From an uncultured cyanobacterium (GTDB lineage Bacteria; Cyanobacteriota; Cyanobacteriia; Cyanobacteriales; CAWCAG01): a DNA stretch of 64,000 nt. Below are positions 48,566-58,940 of the stretch, one piece after another; within the stretch, counting starts at the first letter, position 1, and each line of letters opens with the position of its first letter. The stretch is from NCBI GenBank assembly GCA_963793425.1, contig CAWCAG010000009.1, positions 832,001 through 896,000 of the forward strand. Direction: 5' to 3'. A program made the translations under genes and the position numbers. Below the pieces are notes generated by a model, which had not been told where the DNA came from, searched no databases, and worked only from the letters and a program-made list of their open reading frames with translations.

Positions 48566-50881
48566 ATGCTAAACAGCTTATCTCAATGGCAAATTATACC
48601 AACCTTAGAAGTACCTAACTGGTTTGTAGAAGCCGTCAAATCCTTTACTCCTGAATCTCAAGGTGATTATGCTGCCCAATTGTTATGGCATAGGGGAATT
48701 CAAGAACAACAAAAATTAGCTGGTTTTCTTAACCCAAACTTGTATAAACCGACTAGTCCTTTTGACTTTGGACAAGAGATGAAAATGGCTGTCCAAAGGC
48801 TATGGCAAGGGCGAGAAAGGGGAGAGAAAATAGTTATTTGGGGAGACTTTGATGCTGATGGCATCACTTCTACTAGCGTTTTGTGGGAAGGTTTAGGACA
48901 GTTTGTTCCGCAACAAAACCTTAGCTATTATATACCTAATCGCCTCACAGAATCCCACGGCTTAAATAAATCAGGTATTGATAGTTTAGCTAAAAAAGGA
49001 ACTCAATTAATTGTCACTTGCGATACAGGAAGTACGAACTTAAAAGAAATAGATTATGCCCAAGAATTAGGTATCGATATTATTATCACAGATCACCATA
49101 CTCTTCCTCCGGAACGTCCTCCTGTAGTAGCAATTATTAATCCTCGTAACTTTGCTGAACACCATCCCCTCTTTCATCTTTCTGGGGTAGCTGTTGCTTA
49201 TAAGTTAATAGAAGCACTCTATTTAACCATGCCGGAAGTGCCGCAACAACCTTTAGAAAATCTCTTAGATTTAGTTGCTATTGGTTTAATTGCTGATTTA
49301 GTACAATTAAGTGGAGATTGCCGTTATTTAGCGCAAAAAGGCATCTCTCAATTGCAAAAACAAACAGGAAAAAATGCCACCCGTCCTGGAGTTGCTTACC
49401 TCTTAAAGCTATGTAAAAAAACAGGCGATCGCCCCACAGATATTTCCTTTGGTTTAGGGCCAAGAATTAATGCTGTTAGTCGCATTCAAGGGGAAGCAAG
49501 CTTTTGTGTAGAACTGCTGACTAATCGCGATGCTAAATATTGTGAAAAGCTGGCTTTAGAAACAGAATTAGCGAATACTCGTCGCAAAGAAATTCAAAAG
49601 AATGTTACTGAAAATGTGAAAAGAAAATTGGCTCAAATGGATTTATCTACTACCAGGGTAATTGTTTTAGAAGATAGTCAGTGGGAAGTGGGAGTATTAG
49701 GTTTAGTAGCAGGACAAATTGCTCAAGAATATGGTCGTCCTACAGTTTTATTAACTACAACGGAAGTAGAAGAAGAAGCACCTGTAGCTAAAGGTTCAGC
49801 ACGTTCTGTGGGGGGAATTGATTTATATGAATTGATTTATTCTCAAGCTCATTTATTAAATCGTTTCGGGGGTCATCCCTTTGCGGCGGGTTTAAGCTTG
49901 CCTGTGGAAAATTTGGCTTTGTTTAAAGAAGCAATTAACCAAAAACTGAGACAAGAAAGCGGTGATGCGAACAATCTTAGTCAGGTAATTCAAGTTGATT
50001 TAACAGTTACTGTAGCGGAATTAGGGAAGGAATTATTTCGAGAACTGAAATTATTAGAACCTTGTGGCATGGGTAATCCTGTCCCTAAACTTCTAATTAA
50101 AAACTGTTGGTTTGAGCAAGTTTGGAATCGCAATCAACAAGACTATCGCGGCAAGAAAGTTCAGTATATTAAAACGACCTTTGAAATCTGGGATAGTTCC
50201 TGCAAACAAGAAGGATTTCCAGGAATTTGGTGGGGGCATTATAAAGAAGATATTCCCGGAAATAAAGAACCTTGTGATGTGGTGGTGGAGTTGGATTTTA
50301 ATACCTATGAATCTCGTTATGAAGTGCGTATCATTGATCTCAAACCCCATAGCAAAGAAGATAACAAAGCAGCTAAAATGTTAGGTGAGAACTTCTTGAT
50401 AGATATGCGTTCCCTGGAATTAAAGAAAACAGAAATAGCTAATTTTCCTGTCGCAATAGAAGAATGTCCTGGTAGTTGGGAAGAAATTAATACACCTTGT
50501 CAAAAAGCCATCGCTCATAATCAAAAAGTTGCCTTAGCTTATGCCCCATCATCAGAAATTTCTGCCCCGCAAACCTGGAAGAAATTAGTCGGCTTGGCTA
50601 AGTATCTTAACCGTACAGGGAAAATAGCAACTTCTGCTCAATTACAGGAAAAGTTAAACATCAATAGACAGACTTTGCAACTAGGTCTAGAAGCACTAAC
50701 ATCTTCCGGTTTTCAAGTGAATCAGCAGGGAAATTCTTGGCAAATAAGTTGGCAAGAAAAAGTTAACCATAACCCACAAGAAAAATTGTTAGCCTTTTGT
50801 ACCGCAGTAGAAGAAGAACAATTCAGGCGCTCTTTTTTCTATAAAGTTCCCATTTCTACTTTGCAAAATACTATTTACTAA
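48566..50881 (+). CDS. recJ: Single-stranded DNA exonuclease RecJ (long cyanobacterial form)
   Basis: WGDFDADGIT, TCDTG, TDHH, GPRINA, GSARS, FGGHPFAAG, LEPCGMGNP. Confidence 0.95.
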   Translation: MLNSLSQWQIIPTLEVPNWFVEAVKSFTPESQGDYAAQLLWHRGIQEQQKLAGFLNPNLYKPTSPFDFGQEMKMAVQRLWQGRERGEKIVIWGDFDADGITSTSVLWEGLGQFVPQQNLSYYIPNRLTESHGLNKSGIDSLAKKGTQLIVTCDTGSTNLKEIDYAQELGIDIIITDHHTLPPERPPVVAIINPRNFAEHHPLFHLSGVAVAYKLIEALYLTMPEVPQQPLENLLDLVAIGLIADLVQLSGDCRYLAQKGISQLQKQTGKNATRPGVAYLLKLCKKTGDRPTDISFGLGPRINAVSRIQGEASFCVELLTNRDAKYCEKLALETELANTRRKEIQKNVTENVKRKLAQMDLSTTRVIVLEDSQWEVGVLGLVAGQIAQEYGRPTVLLTTTEVEEEAPVAKGSARSVGGIDLYELIYSQAHLLNRFGGHPFAAGLSLPVENLALFKEAINQKLRQESGDANNLSQVIQVDLTVTVAELGKELFRELKLLEPCGMGNPVPKLLIKNCWFEQVWNRNQQDYRGKKVQYIKTTFEIWDSSCKQEGFPGIWWGHYKEDIPGNKEPCDVVVELDFNTYESRYEVRIIDLKPHSKEDNKAAKMLGENFLIDMRSLELKKTEIANFPVAIEECPGSWEEINTPCQKAIAHNQKVALAYAPSSEISAPQTWKKLVGLAKYLNRTGKIATSAQLQEKLNINRQTLQLGLEALTSSGFQVNQQGNSWQISWQEKVNHNPQEKLLAFCTAVEEEQFRRSFFYKVPISTLQNTIY

Positions 50882-50898
50882 AACCTACATAAGTTCTC

Positions 50899-50930
50899 TT
50901 GACTTTCCAGCTAACTAGAGAGTTTATCAT
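50899..50930 (+). promoter_or_regulatory. MerR-type promoter/operator of the metal operon
   Basis: TTGACT-N20-TATCAT with dyad ACTTTCCAG-ctaa-CTAGAGAGT. Confidence 0.8.
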
Positions 50931-50970
50931 GGAAATTCAATAAATAATTTAGTTATCAGTTGAATTAGTA

Positions 50971-51540
50971 ATGTCAAAACTCTCATCTAAAATAACCATA
51001 GCTTCAATTGTGATTGCAGCAATTGTCGGTGCAAGCATTTATTTTACTTCCACCCAAGGCGAAAACAAGACTGCGAATAATTCAAGTATTACTAACGATG
51101 TCAACACAGCTACTCTAACTAGCGTCTGGGATAAAGAAACCGAACCCTTCTATCAAGGAATTAAAGAAATCACTGTCTATCGTAGCCCCAACTGCGGTTG
51201 CTGTGGGGAATGGGTTAAGCACGCCCAAAAACATGGCTTTAAGGTTGAAGACATCAAAACTGAGGAAATGGAGGCACTCAAGCGAAAATACAATGTGCCT
51301 CCAGAGTTAGCATCCTGTCATACAGCCATTGTTGATGGTTATGTCATGGAAGGCCACATTCCCGTAGATGACATCAAACGTTTCCTCAAAGCAAAACTAG
51401 AGTTAGCTGGCTTAAGCGTACCAGGAATGCCTTTAGGAACCCCAGGAATGGAAGCAGGGGAAACTCAGCAGCCATTTGAAGTATTGGCATTCAATGCTAA
51501 AGGAGAAGTTGAAGTGTTTAAGGAATATCAATCTTACTAA
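50971..51540 (+). CDS. DUF411 (CopG-like) metal-binding protein
   Basis: YRSPNCGCC..W, SCHTA.VDGYV.EGH.P, GL.VPGMP.G.PGME. Confidence 0.9.
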   Translation: MSKLSSKITIASIVIAAIVGASIYFTSTQGENKTANNSSITNDVNTATLTSVWDKETEPFYQGIKEITVYRSPNCGCCGEWVKHAQKHGFKVEDIKTEEMEALKRKYNVPPELASCHTAIVDGYVMEGHIPVDDIKRFLKAKLELAGLSVPGMPLGTPGMEAGETQQPFEVLAFNAKGEVEVFKEYQSY

Positions 51541-51562
51541 TACAAAGTCAATTTAATTAATA

Positions 51563-52693
51563 ATGGCTAAGATTAATCGTCGCCAATTTCTCACTTTTAG
51601 CGCTGCTGGTGCTAGTACAGCTATTTTTACCAGTTGCAAGAGAGGAAAGAGTAGTTACAGCAAAACTTTAGGGAATTCTTCTCTGGACTTACCTCAACTG
51701 CACAAAAGCACCAATGGTTTATTGGAGTTAGGTTTGCAAGCTAGTGAACGTCCTGTCAATTTGGATGGGAAACAAGCAGATTTATTAACCTATAACGGAC
51801 AAATTCCTGCACCTCGCTTAGAAGCTAAAGCAGGAGATCAGGTTCGCATTCACTTTACTAACAATCTTTCCCAGCCAACCAACATTCACTATCACGGCTT
51901 GCATATTCCCATTGTAGGTAATGCAGATAATGTCTTCCTCAAAATTAAGCCAGGGGACAAACTAACCTATGAATTTAAGATTCCTCTCAATCATCCAGGC
52001 GGAACATTTTGGTATCATCCCCACTTACATGGTTTAGTTGCCGAACAGTTATTTGGGGGGTTGGCAGGCTTATTTATTGTACGGGGTGAGTTAGATGCAA
52101 TCCCGGAAATAAAAGCAGCGAAAGAAGAGTTTTTGGTATTGCAAGACTTTGCTTTAGATAACGATGGTAAACCAATTGATTCGGCGCAAATGTCTCTGAT
52201 GGCAGGGCGAGAAGGGGATATAATCACAATCAATGGTCAAGTAAATCCTTCTCTTTCTTTGTCTGAAGCAGGATTATTGCGGTTGCGAATCCTCAACGCT
52301 TCTCCTTCCCGTTTTTATCGGCTAGTTTTAGAAGATCATCCTTTTTACCAAATTGCTACTGACGGCGGCGGTATGATGGGCAGAAATAGAAATAACCGCC
52401 GCAATGAATCAATAACTTTAGCAACCCTCAACTACGAATCCTCTACCAACTCTCTATCTTTGCCAAGTAAGCTTACTTCCATCCCTCAATTGCCACAACC
52501 TCAGCAAGTGAGACGCTTTGAACTCAACCACGGCATGAATCCTGGCCTAGGCATGGGTTTTTTAATTAACGGTGAACCCTATCAAGGCGATCGCTTAGAT
52601 ACCGAAGTTAAACTTGGTACTGTGGAAGATTGGGAAATCATCAATGCAGGTAAAACTGTTTATCACTGTCATATTCTTGATCATGAAGATTAA
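51563..52693 (+). pseudogene. Tat-exported multicopper oxidase with two in-frame internal deletions and a clipped C-terminus
   Basis: RRQFL Tat signal, HYHG, WYHPH.H and HCHILDHED present, but HPFHxH is absent (WEIINAG|KTVYHCH), ATDGG runs directly into GMMG, and the gene stops right after HED. Confidence 0.85.
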
Positions 52694-54144
52694 TGAGACT
52701 GTCTGGAGAACAAATTCCTAACGATGGGGAAGTAATTGAAGGGGTAACAGAAGTAGATGAAGCCTTCTTAACTGGGGAATCTCGCCCCATTCCTAAACAA
52801 GAAGGAGATGAGGTGGTTGCAGATTCAGTTAACAATGCAGGTTCAATTAAGGTTAGGGTTACTCGCACTGGTAATGAAACTACCCTGAGTCAGATAATGC
52901 GTTTGGTAGAAGAAGCGCAAAACTCCCGCAGTCGCTATCAGGTTTTAGCAGATCGTACTGCTTTTTGGCTAACTTTGATTGCGATCGCAGCAGGGACATT
53001 AACGTTTATTATTTGGCTCTCTTTGTCTGATTTAGTGTTTGCTATTAACCGGACGGTAACTGTTTTGGTAATTACCTGTCCCCATGCTTTGGGTTTAGCT
53101 ATTCCTTTGGTTATTGCTAACTCTACAGCTTTGGCTGCTAAAAATGGTATTTTGGTACGCAACCGCGATGTTTTAGAAAGGGCCAAAGATATTAAAATTA
53201 TGGCTTTTGATAAGACGGGAACTTTAACGGAAGGGCATTTTGGGGTAGAGGAAGTTTATACTGAGAGTCTAGATAGAGAAGAAGCACTAGCTATTGCCGC
53301 AGCTTTGGAAACTTCTTCGGAACATCCTTTAGGTAAAGCTATAGTTGAAACCGCAGAATTGGAACAATTAGATTTACCGCAAATGAAGGATTTTGAGACA
53401 GTCACAGGGAGAGGTGTTAAAGGCAGAGTTAACGGTAAAATCTATCAGATTGGTAGACCAGAATGGATTGAAGAGTTGCAGTTGCATTTGCCTTTCTCTT
53501 TGCAAAGAGCCTTAGATATTGCCAATGAGAGGGGTGAAAGTGCAGTTGTCTTGTTGGACGAGGAAAGAGCGATCGCCGTTATTTCTCTGGCGGATAAGGT
53601 TAGAGCAAGAGCTAGGGAAACTATTAATAAATTAAAGGCAGAAAGTATCCAAGCAGTTATGATTACAGGGGATGCGGAGGCGGTTGCTAAAACAGTTGCT
53701 AAGGATTTAGGTATTGATAAATACTATGCCCGTGTATTACCTGAAGACAAGGTAAATATTATCAAACGGCTCAAACAACAGCAACCAACAGCTTTTGTAG
53801 GTGACGGGATTAACGATGCAGCAGCATTACTGGAAGCTAATATGGGTTTGGCGATTGGGGCAGGAACCAATGTAGCGATTGAATCTGCGGATTTAGTTTT
53901 AATTGAAGATGATCCTTTAGATGCAGTTAAAGCTCTTAATTTAGGGAAAAAAACCTACAGTAAGATGATTCAAAACCTCTTTTGGGCGACAGGTTACAAT
54001 GTTACTGCTATCCCCTTAGCGGCTGGAGTGCTTTCTGCTTGGGGATTTGTGCTTTCTCCTGCTATTGGGGCATTGTTGATGAGTTTATCGACAGTAATTG
54101 TGGCGATTAATGCTGTACTCTTAGGGAGAGCTAAACTTGCTTAG
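52693..54144 (+). pseudogene. 5'-truncated CopB-type (P1B-3) copper ATPase
   Basis: Begins in the actuator domain (GEQIPNDG, TGES); CPH, DKTGT, GDGINDA, YN and MSLST present; N-terminal TM helices absent. Confidence 0.85.
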
Positions 54145-54167
54145 TAGCTAATAGTTTAGGGGAAGCT

Positions 54168-55016
54168 ATGCATATTCTCTTAGTTGAAGATGAACCAGAC
54201 TTGGGGACAGCCATCAAACGCACTCTCCAGCAAGAAGCTTATATAGTGGATTTGGTAGGTGATGGTAACGAGGCTTGGGGGCTTTTAGAGAGTAACTGGA
54301 CTGAATATACTTTGGCAATTTTTGACTGGCTGCTGCCGGGACAATCGGGGTTAGAATTGGTTAAGAAAGTGCGATCGCAAGATAATCCTTTACCTGTTTT
54401 AATGCTTACTGCCAAGGATACCCAAGCAGACAAAGTGGCAGGGTTAGACGCTGGTGCAGATGATTATTTAGTTAAACCTTTTGGCATGGCAGAACTTTTG
54501 GCGAGAATGCGGGCTTTGCAACGGCGCTCTCCCCAACTGCAACCACCAAAGTTGCAAGTGGGGAATTTTTGTTTAGATTATGCTACCCATCAAATTTATT
54601 GGGAAGATACTCAAGGAGAAAGTCAGGAAATCACCCTTACGGCTAAGGAGTTTCAGCTTTTGGAATATTTTATGAGACATCCTCAACAAATTGTCACCCG
54701 CGACCAAATATTAGACCAAATTTGGGAGGTGGGAACTGAACCAATGAGTAATAACGATGCTCCCCAAGTTGGAGAAAGAAGCGATCGCATCCAAGCTATT
54801 GCAGGTTATAGTCGTCGTCTCAATTCAGAAACTATATTGGTGACAAACTTTGTTTTTGAACAAGAGGAAGAGGAAAACGAGGATGCTTATATTTTGGAGT
54901 TGGGGGTACGCCATCAGTTGTCACCTCTAACGGTTTTGTCTATTGGCGCTGGTGCTGGGTTGACTGAAGATTCTCCCGATTTCCGAATTACGGCGGGTTT
55001 TCAACAATCTTTTTAA
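54168..55016 (+). pseudogene. Chimeric ORF: CopR/RppA-type response regulator fused in frame to the C-terminus of a beta-barrel protein
   Basis: ILLVEDEPDLG, DWLLPG, LMLTAKD, GADDYLVKPF, LTAKEFQLL up to EPMSN, then alternating beta-strands ending ITAGFQQSF. Confidence 0.8.
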
Positions 55017-55111
55017 CTTCTAATACAAAAATAGTCTTGACCATGAAGATTTGAGTATGGTGGGAAATTTGTTAATCCAAGCTTAGTCGTTAAGTCTGGT
55101 AACAAAGAAAT

Positions 55112-55128
55112 ATGAAATTACCATGAAA
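55112..55128 (-). promoter_or_regulatory. Putative CopR box
   Basis: Minus strand TTTCAT-GGTAA-TTTCAT, the TTTCAT-N5-TTTCAT repeat described for cyanobacterial CopR targets. Confidence 0.55.
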
Positions 55129-55189
55129 TCCCGCTATCTCAATAGTTGGAAGTTGAGATTATCTCTTCTGTTAGACGCGATCGCCCTTT

Positions 55190-56218
55190 AAATCTCTCTT
55201 CAAAAAAGGTGCAGGTTTTGTACCTTCTTTAGCCTTTTTATTAGCTTCAACTAATCTTGTTATCGAACTGGGTTTTATTATCGCCATCTTTTTAGGTTGG
55301 CAATTTGTTGTTGGGGAATATCTTGGGGGTATTTTATTAATCCTTTTGACCTGGTTAATTGTTAAATATACTCGTCCTAAAGAGTTACTCAGAAAGGCGA
55401 GAAGACGGTTAAACGAAAAAGAAGGAGAAGACAAACAAAATGGAGATGCCCCTAACTGGAAAGATAAAATTACTAGTAAAAAAGGATGGCAACAGGTAGC
55501 CAAAAAGTACTTCATGGAATGGGGTATGGTTTGGAAGGATGTAACTTTTGGTTTTACTGTGGCGGGAATCATTGCTGCATTTGTACCCCGTTCTTTTTTC
55601 CAGACTCTGTTTATGGGTGCTGGTACACAAAATCCTAGCTTTTTAGCCATCTTAGAAAATACTTTAGTTAGACCAGTAGCAGCTTTTTTTACTTTTATTG
55701 GTTCGATGGGAAATATTCCTTTAGCAGCAATTTTGTTTAACAATGGGGTTAGCTTTGCGGGGGTAATGGCGTTTATTTTTAGCGATCTGGTGGTTTTTCC
55801 TGTAATTCGCGTTAATGCTAAATATTACGGTTGGAAGCTTGCTTTATATATCGTAGGTGTTTTCTTTGTAGCTTTAGTAGCAACAGCAATTGTTATGCAC
55901 TACGGTTTTTCTTTGTTTGGTGTTTTACCAAAGAGTGCAGCCTCTGCGAATCCTCAATCAACAGAGCGTTTTGCCATTGATTATACCTTCTGGCTCAATT
56001 TAGCATTTTTAGCGGTTACCGGAGTTTTAGCTTGGTTGCGCTTTGGTAGTGGTAAAAAACAAAAAGGTCAACATGATCAACAACCGCATCACAATCATAA
56101 AGAACACAGCAGCGGTAAACAAGGATTTACAGAAAAGCTTCTGTTTTGGCTAGCTATCTTATCTTATATCTGGCTGGTTGGGGGTATCGTTGTTAGTTTA
56201 TTTGTAAGCAGTCAGTAG
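55190..56218 (+). pseudogene. 5'-truncated DUF318/ArsP-like permease
   Basis: Frame open from 55175; homology-like sequence starts KSLFKKGAG...LASTNLVIELG; FIGSMGNIPLA, FIFSDL; the SSCS-containing N-terminus is absent. Confidence 0.8.
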
Positions 56219-56253
56219 AATTCATCCTCATCAAAATTTATGCTGTTTGGCTC

Positions 56254-56285
56254 TTGACTCTCCAGTGAAGTAGAAAGTTTATCAT
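56254..56285 (+). promoter_or_regulatory. Second MerR-type promoter/operator
   Basis: TTGACT-N20-TATCAT with dyad ACTCTCCAG-tgaa-GTAGAAAGT; closely similar to 50899-50930. Confidence 0.8.
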
Positions 56286-56318
56286 AAATTTAATAGCTCA
56301 CTCACACTAAATAAAATT

Positions 56319-57128
56319 ATGACTAATACTACAACTACAGAAAAAGTTAAACTGTATAGAATGTCTACTCCAGAACATGAATGTCCCTGGGGATTAAAAG
56401 CCGTCAAATTACTCAAGGAAAAAGGAATTGACTTTGAGGATAACAAACTCAAATCGAAAGAAGAAACAGAGGCTTTTAAAGGGAAGCATCAAGTCTCAAC
56501 CACACCGCAAATTTTCTTTGATGATCAAAGGATTGGCGGCTACACAGACTTAGCCGAAAAGTTAGATGTAGAAGCAGAAGGGGCAGAGTATTCTTATACT
56601 CCGGTTATTGCTATATTTTCTACCGCAGGGCTGATGGCATTAGCAACTACGGCAGGTGTAACCGGATTTATGGGCTTCTCTCTCTCTTTACTTGCTTCTT
56701 TAAAGCTGATGGATATTGAATCTTTTGCTGAGAGTTTTGCCAAATACGACTTGATAACCAAAAGAATTAAACCTTATGCAAAGGTGTATCCTTTTGCCGA
56801 ACTTGCCATCGGACTTGGTTTTCTCTCTGGCATTGCACCCTTAGCAACGGGAATAACTTCTTTGCTTGTCGGTGTTAGTGGAGGAGTTTCGGTATTTAAA
56901 GCAGTATACATCGATAAGTTAGCACTCAACTGTGCTTGTGTGGGAGGTAATTCTCAAACCCCTTTAGGAGTGGTTAGCTTTGCTGAGAATGCAATTATGG
57001 CCATTATGGGGGCAAGCCTGATTTTCTCTGCTGCCACATCAGAAGTGGAATCAACAAAGCTAAGAGAAATACAATCTGTTAGGAATATTGAAGTGCAAAA
57101 TACTACTGTAGATAAGCTGGGTGACTGA
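56319..57128 (+). CDS. Glutaredoxin-MauE/DoxX family redox membrane protein
   Basis: HECPWG, TTPQIF, RIGGY.DL, SYTPVIA, F...F..YD, AVYIDK..LNCACVGG..PLG.VS..EN. Confidence 0.88.
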   Translation: MTNTTTTEKVKLYRMSTPEHECPWGLKAVKLLKEKGIDFEDNKLKSKEETEAFKGKHQVSTTPQIFFDDQRIGGYTDLAEKLDVEAEGAEYSYTPVIAIFSTAGLMALATTAGVTGFMGFSLSLLASLKLMDIESFAESFAKYDLITKRIKPYAKVYPFAELAIGLGFLSGIAPLATGITSLLVGVSGGVSVFKAVYIDKLALNCACVGGNSQTPLGVVSFAENAIMAIMGASLIFSAATSEVESTKLREIQSVRNIEVQNTTVDKLGD

Positions 57129-57151
57129 CAGAAGTTATGTAGTGTAATAAG

Positions 57152-57180
57152 CTGTCAGGCATTTAATTTACTTGTTAGGG
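57152..57180 (+). repeat. Second copy of dispersed ~28-bp repeat
   Basis: Matches 23076-23103 with 2 mismatches. Confidence 0.75.
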
Positions 57181-57358
57181 TACGGTGACGAGGAAATACC
57201 GGAGAGGCAGAATATTAACTTCTGATCTCAAAACTTACTAGTGGGGGATTTATTTTGATATCATCTTGTGGAACCGATTAAATAGGTTCTATTAGGTCTT
57301 ACCTGCATAGGCAAAGCCCACCGTAGGTATCGCAACTGTTCTTGTCAGGAACGATGAT

Positions 57359-58470
57359 ATGCGTCTATTACAAATTACAGCTTACAGTCTCACTGCCCTT
57401 GCTGCTGTTAGTTTGACAGCCCAAGCAGGGGAAGAATCTCAACAAGCTGCTGTTGCAACTAACCAAGTAACCTCAGCCCAAATACAAACTACCGGAGAAC
57501 TTCTTTCTCAGGAATTAGGAACAGAGTTTTATTTAAGAAACAACCATAATCAACCTCATGCCATAGCAGAATTATCTCCTCAGACTTCAACCCAAGCTGA
57601 GGATCTGCTATCAGAAGAGGTGAACTTAAAACCATTAGAAGTAGCGGCAGAAAATGAACAGAGGGTAGCTTTACCTGTGCTGCGGGACATTCTGTTACCT
57701 CACAAACAGAAGAAAATGCTACACCGCAACAAATAGCTCAATTAGGCAACCCTACTTGCCCTCGCCCCCAACCCATTAACCTCATTGAGTTGCCGGAAGT
57801 AGAAGCAGGCTATGCGGCCTCCCCTAGCTTAAGCATTTATATTCCAGTTGGTTATGGTGCAGACAACAACACCATCTTTACCTCCCAAACCTATCAACCC
57901 GATGTTAGAGTTGATGAAGGAGGGGTTTACACTGGGGGAATTGGTGTTGGTCTTGGTGATGCTGACGAACTGGTAGGTTTAGAATTATCCTACGCTTTTG
58001 AAACCAACGATGATTTTGGTGATGGTGGCTTCAACGCCAAAGTACATCGCCGCTTTGCTGATGATTTTTCCGTTGCTGCGGGTTGGAATGGTTTTCTGAA
58101 TATTGGCCGCAATGACTTTGAGCAATCCCTTTATGGTGTAGCCACCAAAGTCTTTCGTACCCGTACCTCTTTAGATGAGCCTCTCAGTCGAGTAGCGGTT
58201 AGCTTAGGCATCGGTAACAACCAATTCCGTTCCGAAGGAGATTTTAACAATGGTGAAAACGGTGTCAATGTTTTTGGCAACGTTGCTGTGCGTGTCATTC
58301 GCCCGATTAGTTTCATTACCGAGTGGACAGGACAGGACTTGGCATTAGGGCTTTCCATCGCCCCTTTCAAAGATATTCCTTTTGTAATCACCCCCGCTTT
58401 TAGAGACATTGCTGGCATCGGCGACGGAGCCAGATTTGTGCTGGGTTGGGGTGCTGCATGGCAATTTTAA
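57359..58470 (+). pseudogene. Secreted outer-membrane beta-barrel-like protein, frameshifted near 57660-57680
   Basis: ORF 57359 has a signal peptide (AQA); the downstream frame is open upstream of 57790 (CAAGHSV...CPRPQPINLIELPE) and ends in amphipathic strands with terminal WQF. Confidence 0.7.
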
Positions 58471-58488
58471 GTAAGGAGAAATATTTCA

Positions 58489-58896
58489 ATGCGTAAGTTT
58501 GCTTATTTCAGCTTTCTCGCTGGCTTATCTTGGTTGGCTATCGGCTTAAGCCCCAACTCTGTTAACGCCCAAAGCCAGTCTGATATTTCTGGAACCAATA
58601 TTTGGAACAACGTTGCCCCCATAACTTCTGGGGAAAGTGGTTTAGATCCTGCCCTTGTTAGCCGGATTAGACAGCTTAATGCCGAAGCAGAACAAACCTT
58701 TCAAGACTGCAACGCAGCTATAGTCATTGCTGAACAACAACCTACAGGAGTTCGTCGTTTTTCCCGTCGTCCTAACCAAATCGCCATCCCTGCTGCTTGC
58801 CAGCGTCTCAACACTTTGAGGGGAGAAATGGAAACTCTCAGAACTAGTTTACAAAATCAACCCCAAGCTACAAGTACAGATTTTTTCACTTGGTAG
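58489..58896 (+). CDS. Secreted hypothetical protein with two Cys in a helical region
   Basis: AAGGAG RBS, signal peptide ending VNA, SDISGTNIWNN. Confidence 0.75.
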   Translation: MRKFAYFSFLAGLSWLAIGLSPNSVNAQSQSDISGTNIWNNVAPITSGESGLDPALVSRIRQLNAEAEQTFQDCNAAIVIAEQQPTGVRRFSRRPNQIAIPAACQRLNTLRGEMETLRTSLQNQPQATSTDFFTW

Positions 58897-58940
58897 CCAT
58901 TAGTTATGAGCAACCAGAGTAGTCTAGAGGAATAAAAATT

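Noticed and set aside
55171..55743. 190-aa minus-strand ORF
   Set aside because: Antisense shadow of the plus-strand permease, which carries the recognisable motifs.
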